Part shown: in pieces, positions 8,384 to 12,841 of the stretch
How the letters are laid out: each line of letters opens with the position of its first letter
How positions within the stretch are numbered: position 1 is the first letter of the stretch
DNA from: Azolla caroliniana
Lineage: Eukaryota > Plantae > Polypodiophyta
NCBI GenBank assembly: GCA_043228905.1
Contig: JBHGNT010001027.1
Span: forward strand, 1 to 12,841
Length of the DNA stretch: 12,841 bases
Direction of reading: 5' to 3'
Made by a program: the position numbers and the translations under genes
Notes under the pieces: model-generated
What the model saw: the letters and a program-made list of their open reading frames with translations, nothing else
Database searches by the model: none
What the model was told of the DNA's origin: nothing

Positions 8384-8509
8384 TATTAAAACTTATAAAT
8401 ATGCATATTACCGTAAGGGATGAACCAATTCAGTTCAACGCCATTCTAGAGCGCCCTTGTTTACTCGTTGTATTCCACTCTTCTATTGCAATACATTATC
8501 TTTACAATA

Positions 8510-8550
<41 letters not shown>
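8510..8550 (+). repeat. (CT)n microsatellite at the U5 end of the 3' LTR
   Basis: Direct reading; longer than the 5' LTR copy, with one interruption. Confidence 0.95.
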
Positions 8551-8555
<5 letters not shown>

Positions 8556-8560
8556 TGAGA

Positions 8561-9516
8561 ATGTCGAGGGAGCAGCCGAAAGAGAGAGGCAAAGTCGGAG
8601 CCAACCGAACCAGGGGGAAGTGAAGCCAAGAAGGGCAAGAAAGGTGCAGAGTTGAAAAGGATAGAGTCAGCCGAGCGAAGGCGAAGACCAAGACATGGGC
8701 AGATGTGGTCAAGGGCCTAAAGGAAAATGACTTAGAGACAACCAATTCGGATAAGAGTTGGAATGAATCGGAACTAGCCGATTCGACCATGGAAGGTGAC
8801 TCGGATGAGACGAATTACACAAAGTTCAGGAGGACGAGGAGCTAGCCGAAGACGACGCCAACATGGAGGAGCCGGCGGGTCGAGGATCGCCAATACCGCT
8901 AACAAGGTCCTTAGAAGCAAACAAGCCAACCATATAGGTCGAGGTGTGTCGAATCAGATGGGGTGAGGGGCGCCGGTCTGAAGGGGTCGTGGGACATAAG
9001 GCTGAACTGGACGAGGAGCAGGAGCGAGGTGTCAAGATGCCAAGAGAAGAGGCTAGAATGACGAACCAGTTGGAACTGACTAGGAGGGACCTCAAGTTGA
9101 GCTTGATGTGAGTGTCGAGAGACAAGCTCAACATGGGCCGAATCAGCTGAAGAAGTCGAGGGCTGAGAACCGAGGGCTGAGAGGTGGGAGCAGAATTGAA
9201 GAAAGCTCGACTCAAACTGGCCAAGTCAGAAGAATTCCAAAAGGTTGTTGAGGGCCTATATTTATATTATGGTAGATAGAAATATTGTAGGTAGAATTAG
9301 TGCCAAGCTCATTTATCAGCATTCCAGTACTAACGGTACTTGTGTCAGCCCACTCATCACGGGCTTGTATAAAAAGTGGTCACCGAGCATAGTGTATGTA
9401 CAGAGTGTTCATTATTCAAACAAAATTTTTGTCTGCTCTCTCTATCTCTCTCTCTTACACCATTCTTTGTGTTTACCTAATTTTGCATTCCTGCCCATTG
9501 CCTAGCCAAATTTCCT
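8561..9516 (+). mobile_element. Element C: 3' end (charged tail, decayed PPT, LTR) of a diverged relative of Copia element A
   Basis: RGSSRKREAKSEPTEPGGSEAKKG (from 8565) matches A's KGSSRKKEPKPTKHGGDEAIKG (from 2190). CCTCAAGTTGAGCTTGA at 9090 matches CCTCAAGTTGAACTTGA at 2553. The LTRs are homologous. Confidence 0.85.
9113..9516 (+). repeat. 3' LTR of element C, terminal CA not visible
   Basis: TG start. Blocks shared with LTR A in order: ACAAGCTCAACAT, GAGAACCG, TAGAAATA, AGCTCAnTTATnAGCATT, TGTATAAAA.GTG.TCAC.GAGCA, CTCTCTATCTCTC. Confidence 0.8.
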
Positions 9517-9836
9517 TGTTGGCGCCAACCTAATAGTTCGAAAACCATTTGATGTTCGGGGTCATGTGAAATGTTTTGGTAATATGTCCCTCCAGTGGGA
9601 GGAGGAACCGACTGTCCAGAAGTTGTTGACAATCAATGACTACGAGGAGTGCACTGATCGGACCAAGGAGTGCCGACAGTTGAAGACAGGGAAGATCCGA
9701 TTGTTTGGAAAGCCGACAGTCGAAGAGTCGAAAACAATGAGTCGATTGTTTGATAGTTCGGCTATTATTATTATAGCAATAATAATAATGATACATAGTA
9801 GAGGCTACATTTGTAAATAGCCCATCCAATGTATAA
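9517..9836 (+). repeat. Putative U3 part of the 5' LTR of element D
   Basis: TGTTGG start, non-coding, an internal ~40-bp duplication, and TATA-like TGTAAATAG at 9812-9820. There is no second copy in the window to confirm it. Confidence 0.5.
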
Positions 9837-12800
9837 GTATAAAGACGGTGAAGCATCATCGAACACATCAACACATTCATGGGGTATGTAAATCAACTTG
9901 TTGCGACCAAGTTTCCCTTGGATGATGCAATGCAGGCCATCCAGCTGATGTGCACACTACCGGACAACTGGGAGAACCTGGTGGTTACTCTCAACACCAC
10001 CTATCAACAAGAGAACTTGTCTTTACAGACGGTAAAGACAAGCATCCTAAATGAGGAGGCAAGGAAGAAAGACAAAGGATTCATGTCCCAATCGGAGTCG
10101 AATTTGACTTAACATATGGACAAAGGAAGAGACATGCGAAGAAGAAGTCTACAATGAATGCAGAAATCCCACGCCAGATCGAAGTCCAGAGGTTTGCCCG
10201 TGTCATTTTATTGTGGAAAGCCTAGACACTTCCAAAAGGATTGTCGACACTTAAAGAAAGATAAGAGTGTCGGAAATAATGTCGAACCCAAGAAGATTCC
10301 TGATGAGAAGAACACTTCGGCCATTGCTACGAGCAATGAAGAACTCATGTTCATTTGTGAACAGACAAGTGCAAATCTTGCAAGTGAAGATTGCACATGG
10401 GTGATTGATTCCAGGGTATCGTTCCACATAACTCCGTCGAGAGAGTATTTCTCGACTTACATAGTCGGGGATCATGGCTATGTAAAGATGGGTGACAATG
10501 GAGAGTGAAGGGTAACCGGAGTCAGAAGTGTTTGCTTAACGACGTCGACAGGGTGTCGAGTGACACTGAAGGATGTTCAACACGTCCCCGATATCAAATT
10601 GAATCTGATATCATCTGGAAGGTTAGATGATGAAGGCTATAGTGGTAGCTTTCGAAATGGAAAGTGGAAGTTCTATCGAGGAAATGTTATTGTGGCCCGA
10701 GCACAAAAAGAAGGCAAATTGTACATGATGCATGCCCCACTGTGCAAATCGGAAGTAAATGTGGCAGCCGACTCGGCAGGTGAGATATGGCATAAGAGGC
10801 TAGGCCACATGAGTGAGAAGGGAATGCACTTCTTAGCCGACCAAAAACTTCTACCAGAAGTCAAGGGTGTGCAACTAGAGAAGTGTCGCGACTGCTTAGC
10901 CGGAAAGTAGAACAGAGTTGCATTCCACACAAGACCACCGAGAAGAAGAGAGGTTGCCCTGGAACTAGTACACACGGACATGTTCTATGTTGATGCTCCA
11001 TCGCATCGAGGTAGACAGTACTTTGTGACATTCATTGACAACCATAGTCGGAAGACATGGGCCTTTGTACTGAAGATGAAGGATCAAGTATTGTCGGTTT
11101 TCAAGGAGTTCCAGGCAAGAGCCGAAAGAGAGTCAAGTCAGAAGTTGAAGGTTGTCCGAACCGACAACGGTGGCGAGTACAAAGGCCAGTTCAAGGAATA
11201 CTGCAAGAGCCAAGGTATTTGGATCGAATACACAGTGCCAAAAACCCCAGAGTTGAACGGGCTTGTAGAGAGGATGAATCAAACGATCATGGAGAGAGTA
11301 AGGAGCATGCTCTCTCATGTGAAACTGCTGAAATCCTATTGGGCTGAGGCGATGTACACAACTATTTATCTAATCAATAGGTCTCCCTCAATACCATTGA
11401 AGGGTGATGTTCCATAGAGGGTGTGGATGGGAAGGATGTCTCCTACCAGCATCTGAGGGTGTTCGGATGTCTGTCGTACATGCATGAACCGAAAGATCAG
11501 AGATCAAAGCTTGACAACAAGTCGAAAGCATGCATATTCATGGGATACTCAGAAGATGAATTCGGCTACAGGCTATGGGACCTAGTCGACAAGAAGGTAG
11601 TGAGAAGTCGGGATGTAGTCTTTCTAGAAGACAAGATGATTGAAGACTGGAAGCAACAGAAGTCGGAATCGACTTCCCAGTCAACCCTGACTACCATCGA
11701 CTTAAGGCCAAGTGAGTCGTCACCGACAGCTATAAGGAGACAGTTGCCCAACATAGCCGAATCTGAATCGATCGACTCGGAGAGACCGACTGACTATGAT
11801 TTAGAGTCGGTAGAGATGCAAACGTCAATTGATGAATATGAGTTGGAGTTGTCCAACCAGTAGAGGCCGATTGACGAGCAGAATCCCGAGCAAAGAGAAG
11901 AGTTGGCAGAGACATCCGAAAGCGAGCCAACAACGAGTGGAAGAAGATACCCACTCAGGGAGAGGAAAGCACCGACTACATATGCCAATCAATATATCCT
12001 CTTCACTGATGAAAGTGAACTAGAGTGCTACGAAGAAGCCATTGCCGATGAGCATAGAGAGAAATGGTTGAGCGCAATGCAAGATGAGATGGAATCCTTG
12101 CACGAAAACTACACCTACGACCTAGTAGAGGTGCCGAAAGGTAATAGAGCACTTAGGAATAAGTGGGTCTACAAGGTGAAGACTAGAGAAGCCGACAATG
12201 AGCCCAGGTATAAAGCCCGTATAGTGGTGAAGGGTTTCCAACAAAAGAACGGCGTCAACTTTGATGAAATATTCACACCAGTCGTTAAGATGACATCCAT
12301 CCGAACTGTTTTGAGCATAGTGGCTAGCATGGACCTAGAGATCGAACAGTTGGATGTCATAATTGCATTTCTGCATGGGGAGCTAGAAGAAGAAATCTAT
12401 ATGTAGCAACCCAAAGGGAAAGAGAATCTGGTGTGTTGACTGAAGAAAATCTTGTACGGTCTGAAACAATCTCCACACCAATGGTACAAGAAGTTCGAGT
12501 CCTTCATGATGGAACACCGGTTCCAGAAAACACAGGCCGCTCACTGTGTGTTCGTCAAAAGGTACGAAGAAGGAGACTTCTTGATTCTCTTGCTATATGT
12601 TGATGACATGTTGATAGTCGGTCAAGATACAAGGAAGATTGGAAGCTTGAAGAAAGCTCTTTGCAAATCATTTGCCATGAAAAACCTTGGACCGGCCAAA
12701 TAGATCTTAGGAATGCACATAGTTCGAGACAAAACTCAAAAGGTGCTATGGTTGTCACAGCAGAAGTATGTGACAAAGATCCTAGAGAGATTTAATATGT

Positions 12801-12841
12801 TAGATGCAAAGCTGGTCAGCTCAGTGTTGCCAACAAATTGC
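9835..12841 (+). pseudogene. Copia gag-pol remnant (gag C-terminal half, protease, integrase, RT)
   Basis: Motifs: KYKDG..IIEHINTF, TLPDNWE, YCGKPRHFQKDC (knuckle, first Cys lost), WVIDS.VSFH (PR), WHKRLGHMSEKG..C..C, LELVHTD, YFVTFID, RTDNGGEY, NGLVERMN (IN), LRVFGC, SRDVVFLE, KWVYK, YKARIVVKG, YGLKQ, YVDD (12596-12607). Many stops and frameshifts. Confidence 0.93.

Larger units (their letters stand above)
2960..8560 (+). mobile_element. Element B: Ty3/Gypsy chromovirus (Tf1/sushi/Tcn1-like), near full length, degenerate
   Basis: Paired LTRs, gag with CCHC knuckle, PR-RT-RH-IN order, GPY/F motif, chromodomain and PPT. Confidence 0.96.
8089..8560 (+). repeat. 3' LTR of element B (~470 bp)
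   Basis: Starts TGTCATG after the PPT and matches the 5' LTR. The right end is degenerate (TCTTGAGA, probably from ..TGACA), so the end is uncertain by ~10 nt. Confidence 0.9.
9517..12841 (+). mobile_element. Element D: Tnt1/Tto1 (Tork)-like Ty1/Copia retrotransposon, internally deleted, truncated by the window end
   Basis: gag-PR-IN-RT order with Tnt1-like motifs. The left boundary is inferred from TGTTGG at the point where similarity to LTR A stops. Confidence 0.85.

Noticed and set aside
8826-9224. Antisense ORFs over the Copia tails (8826-9224; also 2024-2287, 2310-2558, 2320-2598) as a conserved antisense gene
   Set aside because: These Ser/Leu/Pro-rich products mirror a purine-rich sense strand. 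The A and C versions share only MLSL and then fall in different frames.
9518-9530. GTTGGCGCCAAC palindrome resembling a tRNA-Lys PBS (TGGCGCCCAAC)
   Set aside because: The match is short and gapped, is not preceded by CA, and follows a 3' LTR. It is better read as the TGTTGG start of another LTR, though this is not certain.
9566-9820. 84-aa ORF with a hydrophobic C-terminus (possible env-like or membrane peptide)
   Set aside because: The Ile run comes from (TAT)/(AAT) microsatellites at 9763-9789, which also explain the apparent hairpin there. No recognisable domain.
1-12841. All four elements share one orientation
   Set aside because: The chance probability is 1 in 8, so it is not meaningful without a larger region.

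Overview
Plant-type heterochromatic DNA made entirely of four nested, degenerate LTR retrotransposons, all on the + strand. I see no host gene. (A) 1-2959: 3' half of a Ty1/Copia element (integrase C-terminus, RT, RNase H, an unusual ~175-codon acidic/basic tail, PPT, 3' LTR). (B) 2960-~8560: near-complete Ty3/Gypsy chromovirus of Tf1/sushi/Tcn1 type (gag, PR-RT-RH-IN-chromodomain, two LTRs about 4-5% diverged) whose 5' LTR was interrupted by A. (C) ~8561-9516: tail and 3' LTR of an older, diverged relative of A, into which B appears to have inserted. (D) ~9517-12841: Tnt1/Tto1 (Tork)-like Copia with a deletion joining its LTR to mid-gag, running off the window inside RT. The element set resembles moss (Physcomitrium-like) retrotransposons, but that is inference. 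The most notable signals not explained by the ORF track are: an antisense tRNA-Ile(AAT)-like relic with an intact B-box in the Gypsy U3; a self-priming-type PBS; a -1 frameshift cassette (G_UUA_AAC plus stem/pseudoknot); a dense heat-shock-element array; and, in the A/C Copia family, a charged tail bracketed by a duplicated PPT motif with conserved alternative hairpins at the PPT/LTR junction.
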